Shown here: piece after piece, positions 11,083-20,310 of the stretch
How the letters are laid out: each line of letters starts with the position of its first letter
Numbering within the stretch: position 1 is the stretch's first letter
Assembly: GCA_016870595.1 (NCBI GenBank)
Contig: VGBI01000002.1
Location: 10,623-74,622 of the forward strand
Source of the DNA: Actinomycetota bacterium
GTDB lineage: Bacteria > Actinomycetota > Acidimicrobiia > IMCC26256 > PALSA-555
Direction: 5' to 3'
DNA length: 64,000 bases
Notes under the pieces: generated by a model
What the model was told of the DNA's origin: nothing
Databases searched by the model: none
Seen by the model: the letters and a program-made list of their open reading frames with translations, nothing else
Made by a program: the position numbers and the translations under genes

Positions 11083-13344
11083 GTGGCCGCCGCGAGCACC
11101 GCCGCCGACGAACCGCTCCACCGCCAGCTCGGCCTCACCGACGCCGAGCTCGCCGACATCGTCGCCCTCCTCGACCGGGATCCCACCGACCTGGAGCTCG
11201 CGATGTACGCGGTGATGTGGTCGGAGCACTGCTCGTACAAGTCGTCGAAGGTCCACCTCCGGCGCTTCCCGACCGAGGCCCCCTGGGTGATCGTGGGTCC
11301 GGGCGAGGGTGCGGGCGTCATCGACGTCGGTGACGGCCTCGCGGTGGCCCTGCGGATCGAGAGCCACAACCACCCCTCGGCGGTCGAGCCGTACCAGGGT
11401 GCCGCCACCGGCGTCGGCGGCATCATCCGCGACATCTTCTCGATGGGGGCCCGCCCCGTCGCCCTGCTCGACCCCCTGCGCTTCGGCAGCCTCGATGACC
11501 CCCGGACCCGGTTCCTGTTCGAGGGCGTGGTGTCGGGGATCAGCGGGTACGGCAACGCGGTCGGTGTCCCGACCGTGGGGGGCGAGGTCGTGTTCGACGA
11601 CTGCTACCGCGAGAACCCACTGGTCAACGTGATGTGCATCGGGTTGCTGCCGCGCGAACGACTCGTGCTCGCGCGGGCGGAGGGCGTCGGCAACGTGGCC
11701 GTCCTGCTCGGCTCCGCCACCGGTCGCGACGGCATCGGCGGGGCCAGCGTGCTCGCGTCGGCCGGGTTCGAGGAGGGCTCCGAGGCCAAGCGACCCTCGG
11801 TGCAGGTGGGCGACCCGTTCGAGGAGAAGCGCCTGATCGAGGCGTGCCTCGCCCTGCTCGACGCCCGTCTCGCAGTCGGCGTGCAGGACCTCGGTGCCGC
11901 CGGGCTCTCGTGTGCGCTGAGCGAGACCGCGGCCGCCGCGGGCAACGGCATGGACGTCGACCTCGCCGCCGTGCACCGGCGTGAGCCCGGGATGAACCCG
12001 GTGGAGGTCATGACCTCCGAGAGCCAGGAGCGCATGCTCGCCATCGTGCGGCCCGAGGACGTCGACGCGGTGCTCGCCCTCGCGGCACGCTGGGAGATCA
12101 CCGCCCGGGTGGTGGGCCGGGTCACCGACACCGGGCGGTTCCGGGTCTTCGCCGATCCCGGGGCCGAGCCCACCGGTACCCCACCGTTGGCCGACGTGCC
12201 CTGCGGGAGCCTGGGCGACGGCCCCGTGTACGAGCGTCCGCTCGCCCGGCCCGCCGACCAGGACGCGCTCCAGGCCGCCGATCCCGGGCCGGTCCTCCTT
12301 GCCCGCTTCCCGGCCGGCGCCGACCTGGCCGACGAGCTGCTGGCCCTGCTCGCCACGCCGACGATCGCCGACAAGTCGTGGGTGTGGCGCCAGTACGACC
12401 ACCAGCTGTTCTGCAACACCGTGGCCGGGCCCGGGGGCGACGCCACCGTGCTCCGCCTGCCGGGCACCCGGCGGGCCCTGGCCGTCGCGACCGACGGCAA
12501 GGCCCGGTTCTGTCGCCTCGATCCCCGTGTCGGCGGGGCGCTGGTCGTGCTCGAGGCCGCCCGCAACGTGGCCTGCGCCGGCGGGGTGCCCAAGGCGCTC
12601 GTGAACTGCATGAACTTCGGCAACCCCGAGCACCCCGAGGTCATGTGGCAGTTCTCGGAGGTCATCGACGGCATGAGCGACGCCTGTCGAGCCCTCGACC
12701 TGCCCGTGGTCGGGGGCAACGTGTCGTTCTACAACGAGTCGCGCGGCCGCAACATCGACCCGACCCCGGTCGTGGGCGTGGTCGGGCTCGTGGAGCACCT
12801 CGATGCGCCCCCGCCGGGGATCGGCCTTCCCGCCGGTGCCCGCATCGTCCTCCTCGGTCCGGCCACCGCCGAGGATCTCGGTGGATCCGAGTGGGCCTTC
12901 ACCGTCCACGGACTCGACGGCGGCCGCCCCCCGGCGGTCGACCTCGCGGCCGCCCGGGCGCTGCACGATCTCGTCATCGGCCTCGTGGCCGACCGGGCCG
13001 TCGACGCCGTGCACGACTGCGGCGACGGCGGCCTCGCCGTCGCCCTCGCCGAGATGGCGTGTGCCGGGGGCGTGGGCGCGACCGTGGTGCCCGAGCCGGG
13101 GATCGCACCGGCGGCCTGGTGCTTCGCCGAGTCGACGTCGCGGGTCCTCGTGGCGGTGGCGCCGGCGCGAGCCGCCGCGGTGCTCGACCGGGCCGCCGCC
13201 GCCGGTGTGCGCGCGGTCGACATCGGGGTGGCCGGTGGCGACCGGCTGACGGCCGAGGGTGCGTTCTCGGTGCTCCTCGCCGACGCCCACGCCGCGTGGC
13301 GCGACGCCGTACCCGCGCTCGTGGCCGCCGACGTCCACGTCTGA
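11083..13344 (+). CDS. purL: FGAM synthase large subunit PurL (type II)
   Basis: 753 aa containing [19 protein letters not shown] and [19 protein letters not shown]. Confidence 0.95.
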   Translation: MAAASTAADEPLHRQLGLTDAELADIVALLDRDPTDLELAMYAVMWSEHCSYKSSKVHLRRFPTEAPWVIVGPGEGAGVIDVGDGLAVALRIESHNHPSAVEPYQGAATGVGGIIRDIFSMGARPVALLDPLRFGSLDDPRTRFLFEGVVSGISGYGNAVGVPTVGGEVVFDDCYRENPLVNVMCIGLLPRERLVLARAEGVGNVAVLLGSATGRDGIGGASVLASAGFEEGSEAKRPSVQVGDPFEEKRLIEACLALLDARLAVGVQDLGAAGLSCALSETAAAAGNGMDVDLAAVHRREPGMNPVEVMTSESQERMLAIVRPEDVDAVLALAARWEITARVVGRVTDTGRFRVFADPGAEPTGTPPLADVPCGSLGDGPVYERPLARPADQDALQAADPGPVLLARFPAGADLADELLALLATPTIADKSWVWRQYDHQLFCNTVAGPGGDATVLRLPGTRRALAVATDGKARFCRLDPRVGGALVVLEAARNVACAGGVPKALVNCMNFGNPEHPEVMWQFSEVIDGMSDACRALDLPVVGGNVSFYNESRGRNIDPTPVVGVVGLVEHLDAPPPGIGLPAGARIVLLGPATAEDLGGSEWAFTVHGLDGGRPPAVDLAAARALHDLVIGLVADRAVDAVHDCGDGGLAVALAEMACAGGVGATVVPEPGIAPAAWCFAESTSRVLVAVAPARAAAVLDRAAAAGVRAVDIGVAGGDRLTAEGAFSVLLADAHAAWRDAVPALVAADVHV

Positions 13345-13376
13345 TCCGGTCTGATCCGGTCCCCCGGACCGGCGGG

Positions 13377-13844
13377 TCACTCCGCGGTCGCGAGCCCTTC
13401 GACGTAGGCGACGAGGAGCGCGGCCGCCGCGGCGGCGTCGCGGTCGTCGGTCGGGATCCGGTGGGCCGGGGCGATCGGCGCCTCGTAGGCCGGGTCGTCG
13501 CGCCCGGCCCGCTCGGCGCACACCGCCGCCGGGGCGTCGACGTGGATCTCCACGAAGCGGTCGATCGTCTCGGCGAGCGCAGCCCGGGCGCTGCGGTGGG
13601 GGACGTCGGCGGCGACGACGACCGGGACCCCGCTCCCGGTCACGAGGTTGGCGAGCCATGCCACCGCGTCGGGCCCACCCTCGGTCGGGCCCCCGCGGAG
13701 GTGGGCGTCGAGGTCCTCGGGGAGGAGCACGACGCAGGGTCGCCCCTCGGCCCGCAACGCCTCGGCGGCCCGGGTGGCGACGGTGCGCTTGCCCGACCCC
13801 CGGCGGCCGGTGAGCCACACGCACGGGGCGCCGGTCGGGGTCAC
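13377..13844 (-). CDS. Divergent adenylylsulfate-kinase-like P-loop kinase
   Basis: 155 aa with P-loop WLTGRRGSGKRT and an FVEIHVDAPAAVCAERAGRD block resembling the APS kinase C-terminal half. Other APS-kinase motifs are degenerate. Confidence 0.55.
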   Translation of the reverse strand: MTPTGAPCVWLTGRRGSGKRTVATRAAEALRAEGRPCVVLLPEDLDAHLRGGPTEGGPDAVAWLANLVTGSGVPVVVAADVPHRSARAALAETIDRFVEIHVDAPAAVCAERAGRDDPAYEAPIAPAHRIPTDDRDAAAAAALLVAYVEGLATAE

Positions 13845-13921
13845 GGGCGGATGGTAGGCCGCGGACGGTCGACTCGGGCCGGATCATCGGCGCGCCGTGA
13901 CCGCGTGGAATACTGGGTCGA

Positions 13922-15433
13922 ATGGATCCCTCACGCGGGTCGACCGGCGGCGGACTGGCGCACGCCTGCGGGGTCTTCGGTGTGTACGCGCCGGGCCACG
14001 CGGTCGCCCACCTCGCGTACCTCGGTCTCCATGCGCTCCAGCACCGGGGGCAGGAGTCGGCCGGGATCGCGGTCAGCGACGGACGGACCATCACCGTGGT
14101 CAAGGACATGGGCCTCGTCACCCAGGTCTTCGACGAGCGCCGGCTCGCGCCGCTCGAGGGTCACCTCGCCATCGGCCACAACCGCTACTCGACCACCGGC
14201 GCGAGCACCTGGCGCAACGCCCAGCCGGTGTACCGCAGCGTCGGCGACGCCGGGTTCGCGCTCGGGCACAACGGCAACCTCACCAACACCGCCGAGCTCG
14301 CCGAGCGACTCGGGATGCTCCCCGGCATGCTCGAGGACCCCAACGGCCCGCTCGACTCCACCACCGACTCCGCGCTCGTGGCCGAGCTGATCGCGGCCGA
14401 GTTCGCCACCGACCCCCGCTCCGACGGCCGCGACCTCGAGGTCGCGCTCGAGCGCGTGCTCCCGCACCTGGCCGGCGGCTTCTCGTTCGTGCTCATGGAC
14501 GATGCCCACCTCATCGGCGCCCGTGACCCGCACGGCTTCTGGCCGCTCGTGCTCGGCCGGATCGAGGGGGGCTGGGTGCTCGCGAGCGAGACCGCCGCGC
14601 TCGACATCGTCGGCGCCCACTTCGTCCGTGACGTCGAACCCGGCGAGATGATCGTCATCACCGCCAACGGCATCCACGAGAAGCGCTTCGCCGATCCCGA
14701 CCCGAAGCTGTGCCTGTTCGAGTTCGTCTACTTCGCCCGCCCCGACACCTACCTCTACGGCAAGAGCGTGCACGCGGCGCGCCAGCGCATGGGCGAGGAG
14801 CTCGCCCGCCAGGCCCCGGTCGACGCCGACATGGTGATGCCGGTTCCGGAGTCGGGCATCCCGGCCGCCCAGGGCTTCGCCCGGGCCTCGGGCATCCCCT
14901 ACGGCGACGGCCTGGTCAAGAACCGCTACGTGGGCCGCACGTTCATCCAGCCGAGCCAGTCGCAGCGCAGCGGCGGCGTACGCCTCAAGCTGAACCCGCT
15001 GCCCGAGAACATCCGGGGCAAGCGCCTCGTCGTGGTCGACGACTCCATCGTGCGCGGGACCACGACCAAGCAGGTCGTGGCCATGCTGCGCGAGGCCGGT
15101 GCCGCCGAGGTGCACTTCCGCGTGTCGTCGCCGCCGTACAAGTGGCCCTGCTCCTACGGCATGGACACCGGCCGCCGCTCGGAGCTGCTCGCCGCCGACC
15201 TGTCGGTGGGGGAGATCCAGGACTTCCTCAAGGTCGACTCGCTCGCCTACCTCGAGCTCGACCGCCTCACCCACGCCACCGGGGCACCGGCGGCGGCCTT
15301 CTGCACCGCCTGCCTCACCGGCGTGTACCCGGTGCCGGTGCCGGTCACCGATTCGAAGCACGTGCTCGAGGACGGCCCGGTCGGCGCCGGCGCGTCGGAC
15401 CACCCGGCGCCGGTCCGGGGCCTCGACGCGTGA
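13922..15433 (+). CDS. purF: Amidophosphoribosyltransferase (with short propeptide)
   Basis: ACGVFGVYAP (Ntn Cys) ...LQHRGQESAGI... and a C-terminal PRT domain VVVDDSIVRGTT. Confidence 0.95.
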   Translation: MDPSRGSTGGGLAHACGVFGVYAPGHAVAHLAYLGLHALQHRGQESAGIAVSDGRTITVVKDMGLVTQVFDERRLAPLEGHLAIGHNRYSTTGASTWRNAQPVYRSVGDAGFALGHNGNLTNTAELAERLGMLPGMLEDPNGPLDSTTDSALVAELIAAEFATDPRSDGRDLEVALERVLPHLAGGFSFVLMDDAHLIGARDPHGFWPLVLGRIEGGWVLASETAALDIVGAHFVRDVEPGEMIVITANGIHEKRFADPDPKLCLFEFVYFARPDTYLYGKSVHAARQRMGEELARQAPVDADMVMPVPESGIPAAQGFARASGIPYGDGLVKNRYVGRTFIQPSQSQRSGGVRLKLNPLPENIRGKRLVVVDDSIVRGTTTKQVVAMLREAGAAEVHFRVSSPPYKWPCSYGMDTGRRSELLAADLSVGEIQDFLKVDSLAYLELDRLTHATGAPAAAFCTACLTGVYPVPVPVTDSKHVLEDGPVGAGASDHPAPVRGLDA

Positions 15434-16500
15434 CGCGCGGCCGCTCGCCCGACCGCCCGACCGCCCGACCCGGGCTGACGTACGCGCAGTCCGGCGTCGA
15501 CATCGCCGCGGGCGAACGGGCGGTCGAGATGATCAAAGCCCACGTCCGCTCCACCTTCCGGCCCGAGGTCGTCGGCGACATCGGAGGGTTCGGCGGCCTG
15601 TTCTCGCTCGGTCGGCTCGAGCACACCGATCCGATGCTGGTCTCGTCGACCGACGGGGTGGGCACGAAGTCGATGCTGGCCACCCTGACCGGCCGCTACG
15701 ACACCATCGGCATCGACTGCGTGGCCATGTCGGCCGATGACATCGCCACCCTGGGCGCCGAGCCCCTGTTCTTCCTCGACTACATCTCGGTGGGCCGCCT
15801 CGTCCCCGAGCAGGTCGACGCGATCGTCTCCGGGGTCGCACGCGGCTGCCGTGACGCCGGGTGCGCGCTGATCGGCGGGGAGATGTCGGAGCACCCCGGA
15901 CTCCTCGAGCCGGGCGAGTTCGACATCGTCGGCTTTGCGGTGGGGGTGGTCGACCGGCGCGCGGTCCTGCCCGCAGGGGTGCAGGCCGGTGACGCGATCA
16001 TCGGCCTCGCCAGCCCCGGCCTCCGCAGCAACGGCTACTCACTGGCCCGGCGGGCCCTGCTCGAGCGGGCCGGTCGCCGGCTCGACGAGCCCGCCTGGAA
16101 GGGCGCGCACCGCAATCTGGGCGAGGAGCTCCTCGAGCCGAGCGTGATCTACGCGAAGGCCCTGCTCGACCTGCGTCGTCACGTGCCCGTGCACGCGTTC
16201 GTGCACGTGACCGGGGGCGGCATCCCCGGGAACCTGACCCGGGTCCTGCCGCCGTACTGTCGCGCGGTGGTGCGCCGGGGCCGGTGGGAGGAGCCCCGCA
16301 TCTTCGCCGAGATCCAGGTCGCGGGCGGCGTCGCCGACGACGAGATGGAGCGGGTCTTCAACCTCGGGCTCGGGATGCTGGTCGTCCTGCCCCGGGGCGA
16401 GGCCCACCGGGCCCTCGACGCCGTGCGCAGCGCCGGACACGAGGCCTGGCTCGTGGGCGAGGTCACGGACGGGCCCACCGGGGTCAGCATCACCCGCTGA
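15430..16500 (+). CDS. purM: AIR synthetase
   Basis: LTYAQSGVDIAAGERAVE...GGFGGLF...STDGVGTK. GTG 15430 overlaps the purF stop (GTGA). Confidence 0.95.
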   Translation: MTRGRSPDRPTARPGLTYAQSGVDIAAGERAVEMIKAHVRSTFRPEVVGDIGGFGGLFSLGRLEHTDPMLVSSTDGVGTKSMLATLTGRYDTIGIDCVAMSADDIATLGAEPLFFLDYISVGRLVPEQVDAIVSGVARGCRDAGCALIGGEMSEHPGLLEPGEFDIVGFAVGVVDRRAVLPAGVQAGDAIIGLASPGLRSNGYSLARRALLERAGRRLDEPAWKGAHRNLGEELLEPSVIYAKALLDLRRHVPVHAFVHVTGGGIPGNLTRVLPPYCRAVVRRGRWEEPRIFAEIQVAGGVADDEMERVFNLGLGMLVVLPRGEAHRALDAVRSAGHEAWLVGEVTDGPTGVSITR

Positions 16501-16778
16501 CCCGACATCTCGGAAATCTCCGGTCACGGGCCGTCATCAGGCATGTATCGAACGGCAAGGTTCGGACTGCTGGATTCACCGATTCGGGTGAATCGCCGCG
16601 GAAATCTCGATCTCGTTAGGATTCCCGGGCGATCCGCCGTTTCGTGGGTTATTGCGATACTGTGCCCCGCAGCGTCTGCAAACGCGTGTAATGGTTTGGA
16701 TTCACCGGAATCGACAGTTTGCCAGCCGGGGCCGCGGGGCCCGGACCCCACTGGCTCGTTGAAGGGTTTGACTGACAA
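16501..16778 (+). promoter_or_regulatory. Long AT-richer leader/promoter region of the BldC-like gene, with direct and inverted repeats
   Basis: TGGATTCACCG occurs twice (16571-16581, 16697-16707) and CGGAAATCTC twice (16511-16520, 16599-16608). An 8-bp inverted repeat GATTCACC/GGTGAATC lies at 16573-16594. Confidence 0.4.
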
Positions 16779-16976
16779 ATGGACAGCAACGAGCCGGAAG
16801 AGCTGCTCACTCCGTCGGAGGTGGCGGCGATGTTCCGGGTCAACCCGAAGACCGTGACCCGGTGGGCCCGGGCCGGGCGGATCTCCTACATCAAGACCCT
16901 CGGGGGTCACCGTCGCTTCAAGGCCAGCGAGATCCGCACGCTGCTGGCCGAGGCCGACAACCCGGTCGAGCCCTGA
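16779..16976 (+). CDS. Small MerR/excisionase-type HTH DNA-binding protein (BldC-like)
   Basis: 65 aa; LLTPSEVAAMFRVNPKTVTRWARAGRISYIKTLGGHRRFKASEI is the BldC/excisionase HTH pattern. Confidence 0.8.
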   Translation: MDSNEPEELLTPSEVAAMFRVNPKTVTRWARAGRISYIKTLGGHRRFKASEIRTLLAEADNPVEP

Positions 16977-17066
16977 TCGACCTGCGGTGCCGCCCGTCGA
17001 TGCGGGCGCCGTGGGGATCCGCTCCGGACGCGGCACGACCCGGGCGCAGGCCCGGGTCGGTCGGGG

Positions 17067-17139
17067 TGGCCGGGGCCGGCGTCGATCCGGCGACCTCGCG
17101 CTTTTCAGGCGCGCGCTCTGCCAACTGAGCTACCCGGCC
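17067..17139 (-). tRNA. tRNA-Phe (GAA)
   Basis: Hand-folded cloverleaf: acceptor GGCCGGG/CCCGGCC, anticodon loop CUGAAAA. The T-loop reads AUCGACG, so position 54 is A rather than T. Confidence 0.88.
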
Positions 17140-17162
17140 GGGGGAGCGGTCGCCCGCTCCGG

Positions 17163-17237
17163 CGGTCCTGACGGGATTTGAACCCGCGGCCTCCGCCTTG
17201 ACAGGGCGGCGTGCACTCCAAACTGCACCACAGGACC
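17163..17237 (-). tRNA. tRNA-Asp (GUC)
   Basis: Hand-folded: acceptor GGTCCTG/CAGGACC, anticodon loop CUGUCAA, T-loop TTCAAAT. Confidence 0.92.
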
Positions 17238-17264
17238 TCGCGTGCCCGGCCAGGCCGGACAATG

Positions 17265-17337
17265 TGCCCCCAGGGGAGTTCGAATCCCCGTTACCGCCTT
17301 GAAAGGGCGGCGTCCTAGGCCACTAGACGATGGGGGC
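17265..17337 (-). tRNA. tRNA-Glu (UUC)
   Basis: Hand-folded: acceptor GCCCCCA/TGGGGGC, anticodon loop CUUUCAA, T-loop TTCGAAC. Confidence 0.92.
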
Positions 17338-17429
17338 TCGGCTCCCCGTAAGGGGCTCCGCACTCTAGCAGCGGGGTCCCTGCCGCTCCCGGGCCGAGGG
17401 CCGACCCGAGAGGCCCCGGGTGTCCGGAC

Positions 17430-17855
17430 TCAGGTGGGCGGTACGACGGTGACGGGCAGGTGCGAGGCCTCGGGCAGCGTGCGGGCGACGCTGCCGAGCA
17501 CGGCCGTCCGGACCCGCCCCCGACCCCGGGTCCCGCACACGACGAGGTCGGCATCCACCTCCCGGGCGACCTGCACCACGCCGGGGACCGGGAGGTCCTC
17601 GACGATCCGGGCTTCGACCACGACGCCGGCGGCCCGGGCCGGGGCGATCCAGGCCTCGAGGTCGGCGAGCGCCTCGGCGTGCAGCTCGGCGAAGTCGGCC
17701 CGGTCGCGGTGACGACCGAGGTCGTCGAGCGGGGACCAGGCGTGCACCGCCACGAGGCGCGCGCCGGTCTGGTGCGCCAACCCGGTCGCCCACTCGAGCG
17801 CCCGGGCGGCCCCGTCGGAGCCGTCGTGGGCCACCACGATCGTCGTGACGGTCAC
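17430..17855 (-). CDS. Universal stress protein (UspA family)
   Basis: This is the C-terminal 141 codons of listed ORF 17430..18791: TIVVAHDGSDGAARALEWA...DLVVCGTRGRGRV..AVLGSVA. GTG 17855 overlaps the TerC stop (GTGA). Confidence 0.85.
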   Translation of the reverse strand: MTVTTIVVAHDGSDGAARALEWATGLAHQTGARLVAVHAWSPLDDLGRHRDRADFAELHAEALADLEAWIAPARAAGVVVEARIVEDLPVPGVVQVAREVDADLVVCGTRGRGRVRTAVLGSVARTLPEASHLPVTVVPPT

Positions 17856-18871
17856 CGATGTGCCTCCCCGTTCCCAGTGCCGTCGGGAGCCGCGCCGTGC
17901 TCGCGGGCGTCGGCCCGCAGCGATGCCACCACCGTGATCGTGAGCACGACTGCGATCACGCCGAGCGAGAGCAGCGTGGGCAGGTGGTACCACTCCGAGA
18001 TGATCATCTTCACGCCGACGTACCCGAGGATCACCCCGAGGCCGACGTTGAGGTAGCGGAGCTTGCCCGCAGCCCCGGCGAGCAGGAAGTACAGCGCCCG
18101 CAGTCCGAGGATCGCGAACGCGTTCGAGGTGAACACGATGAACGGCGAGCGGGTCACGGCGAGGATCGCCGGGATGGAGTCCACCGCGAAGAGGACGTCG
18201 GTGGCCTCCACCAGCACCAGCACCACGAGCAGGGGCGTGGCGAAGCGTCGGGCGTCGATCCTCACCCAGAAGCGCTGACCGTGGTACTCGCTGCTCACCG
18301 GTACCACCCGGCGCATGAGCTTGAGCACCGGGTTGCGCTCGGGGTGGATCTCCTCGTTGGAGTGGCGGGCGACCCGCCAGGCGGTCACGACGAGGAACGC
18401 GCCGAACACGAACAGCATCCACTCGAACGCGTTGAGCAGGGCGACACCGGCGAAGATGAAGACGGCCCGCAGCACGAGGGCGCCGAAGACACCCCAGAAC
18501 AGCACGCGGTGCTGGTAGGCCTTCGGCACCGCGAAGAACGACAGGATCACGGCCCACACGAACACGTTGTCGACCGAGAGGCTCTTCTCGATCACGTACC
18601 CGGTCAGGTACTGGCCTGCGGCGGCGACCCCGAGGAGGGCCCAGATCACGAGGGAGAACGAGACGCCGAGCGCGATCCAGAAGACGCTGGTGACCGCCGC
18701 CTCCCGGACCGAGATCTCGTGCGCCTCCCGGTGGAACAGGAAGAGGTCGGCGAGCAGCAGGGCGGCGACGAGCGCGAGGAACACCACCCACATCCAGCCC
18801 TCGACCGGAAGGTCGGCCCCGGGCACGTCCCGGGTCGCGGCGGAGGCGAGGACGGAGATGGGGGTTGGCAC
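17852..18871 (-). CDS. TerC family integral membrane protein
   Basis: 339 aa, multi-TM, with YLTGYVIEKSLSVDNVFVWAVI and AVDSIPAILAVT repeats typical of TerC. Confidence 0.9.
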   Translation of the reverse strand: MPTPISVLASAATRDVPGADLPVEGWMWVVFLALVAALLLADLFLFHREAHEISVREAAVTSVFWIALGVSFSLVIWALLGVAAAGQYLTGYVIEKSLSVDNVFVWAVILSFFAVPKAYQHRVLFWGVFGALVLRAVFIFAGVALLNAFEWMLFVFGAFLVVTAWRVARHSNEEIHPERNPVLKLMRRVVPVSSEYHGQRFWVRIDARRFATPLLVVLVLVEATDVLFAVDSIPAILAVTRSPFIVFTSNAFAILGLRALYFLLAGAAGKLRYLNVGLGVILGYVGVKMIISEWYHLPTLLSLGVIAVVLTITVVASLRADAREHGAAPDGTGNGEAHR

Positions 18872-18896
18872 GGGAGCTCGGCGGTCGGTCAGTCGG

Positions 18897-19139
18897 TCAG
18901 TCGGTGGAGTCGAGTCCGAGCGCGACGAAGATCTCGAGCCGCTCCGCTTCGTAGGTCTCGGCGTCGATCACACCGGCGGCGTGCTGCTCGCTCAGCAGCC
19001 GGAACCGCTCCATGAGGGCGTCGGTGTCGATCTCCTCCGACGGGGTGTCCTTGCGCTGCTGGCGCTTCTCGCGGCGCTCGGCGTTGCGCTCCTGGCGACG
19101 GCGTTCGCGCTCACGCTTCTGAAAGCTCTCGGCTCCCAT
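18897..19139 (-). CDS. Small charged hypothetical protein (80 aa)
   Basis: GAGGGAG SD upstream of ATG 19139. It is wedged between the desaturase and terC on the same strand. The N-terminus is basic and the C-terminus acidic. Confidence 0.55.
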   Translation of the reverse strand: MGAESFQKRERERRRQERNAERREKRQQRKDTPSEEIDTDALMERFRLLSEQHAAGVIDAETYEAERLEIFVALGLDSTD

Positions 19140-19149
19140 GGCGTCTCCC

Positions 19150-20118
19150 TCAGGTCTCGACGGTCTCGGACGGTGGCCGCGCCGCTCGGTGGTCGGGCCA
19201 GTGCACGTCGGTCACCCAGCCGAGTCGCTCCATCCACCGGATGAGGCGGGCGGAGGTGTCGAGCTGACCGGGGAGCAGGCCGTGGCGGGCCGAGCGGGGG
19301 AAGGCGTGGTGGTTGTTGTGCCACGCCTCGCCCATGGTGATCAGGGCGAGCGGGGCGAAGTTGGTGCTGTGGTCCCGGGTCGGGAACGGCCGGGATCCGT
19401 AACGGTGGCACACGGAGTTGACCGCCCAGGTGCCGTTGAGCGTGATGCCGATCCGCACGAACCCGGCGCACAGCAGCGCGGTCAGGGCCCCGGCCCAGCC
19501 TCCCCAGGCGAGTCCGAGCGCGGCCGGGACGAGGAACGTGGCGACGGCGAGCGGGACGAACAGCCGGTCGATGCGCACGAGGTCACGGTCGGCGAGCAGG
19601 TCGGCGGCGTACTTCTCGCGCGAGGTCGGTGCGACCGAGAACATCCAGCCGGCGTGGGCGTGCCAGAGTCCCCCGCGACCGAGGGGACGGTCCCCCTTCC
19701 AGTACGGGGAGTGGGGGTCGCCGGGGCGGTCGGAGAACCGGTGGTGGCGACGGTGGTCGGCCACCCAGCCGATCACCGACCCCTGGAACGCCAGGGTGCC
19801 GAGCACGGCGAGGACGATCTTCAACGGGCGCTTGGCGACGAAGGCGCGGTGGGTGAAGCCGCGGTGGAACCCGATCGTGATGGCGTGGCCGAGGACCACG
19901 ATGCAGACGAGGGTGAGCCCGATGGCGAACCACGGGATCCCGCCACCCCGCGCGATCAGGGCGCCGAGGGCGAGGAACGGCGCCACCACGAACACGCCGG
20001 TGAGGACCTGCTCGTAGCGGGCCGGGCCGGAGCGGCCGACCGGGGCCGCGACGCCGTCGTCGGCGACCGGGAGGTCGGCGAGGTCGGGAGATCCGGGCGG
20101 TGCGTCGGTGGGGGGCAT
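19150..20118 (-). CDS. Membrane acyl-CoA (stearoyl-CoA-type) fatty acid desaturase
   Basis: Histidine boxes HRGFTH and HRRHH plus a C-terminal HNNHHAFP. ATG 20118 (MPPTD...) is in frame within listed ORF 19150..20424. Confidence 0.85.
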   Translation of the reverse strand: MPPTDAPPGSPDLADLPVADDGVAAPVGRSGPARYEQVLTGVFVVAPFLALGALIARGGGIPWFAIGLTLVCIVVLGHAITIGFHRGFTHRAFVAKRPLKIVLAVLGTLAFQGSVIGWVADHRRHHRFSDRPGDPHSPYWKGDRPLGRGGLWHAHAGWMFSVAPTSREKYAADLLADRDLVRIDRLFVPLAVATFLVPAALGLAWGGWAGALTALLCAGFVRIGITLNGTWAVNSVCHRYGSRPFPTRDHSTNFAPLALITMGEAWHNNHHAFPRSARHGLLPGQLDTSARLIRWMERLGWVTDVHWPDHRAARPPSETVET

Positions 20119-20270
20119 GCGCTCCTCGTCGGGTGGACGGCCACACCTGGGCAGCGCAGCGGGGAGACGACGGACGGGGCTCGTCCGACCCCGCCCAGGG
20201 TACCGGGACGGGCCTCCGGATGGTCCTCGGAAGTGCCCGTCGGGCCCCCGGGATCCGGGGCCCGGTCCGG

Positions 20271-20310
20271 GGTCGGCCCGGGTCGGCCCGGGTCGGCCCG
20301 GGTCAGCCCG
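20271..20310. repeat. 10-bp tandem repeat GGTCGGCCCG x4 (last copy GGTCAGCCCG)
   Basis: Read directly. The last unit contains the stop codon of the PhyH-like gene. Confidence 0.85.

Noticed and set aside
10642-14121. 1159-aa ORF on the minus strand spanning the purL/purF region
   Set aside because: It is antisense to strongly recognisable purL and purF. Its translation is Arg/Gly/Pro/His-rich, typical of the shadow frames that stay open in GC-rich DNA. No motif was recognised.
18872-18896. yybP-ykoY manganese riboswitch in front of the TerC gene
   Set aside because: Only 25 nt separate terC from the upstream gene on the same strand, so there is no room for the ~100-nt element. The spacer upstream of the operon (20119-20302) shows none of the conserved blocks I recall.
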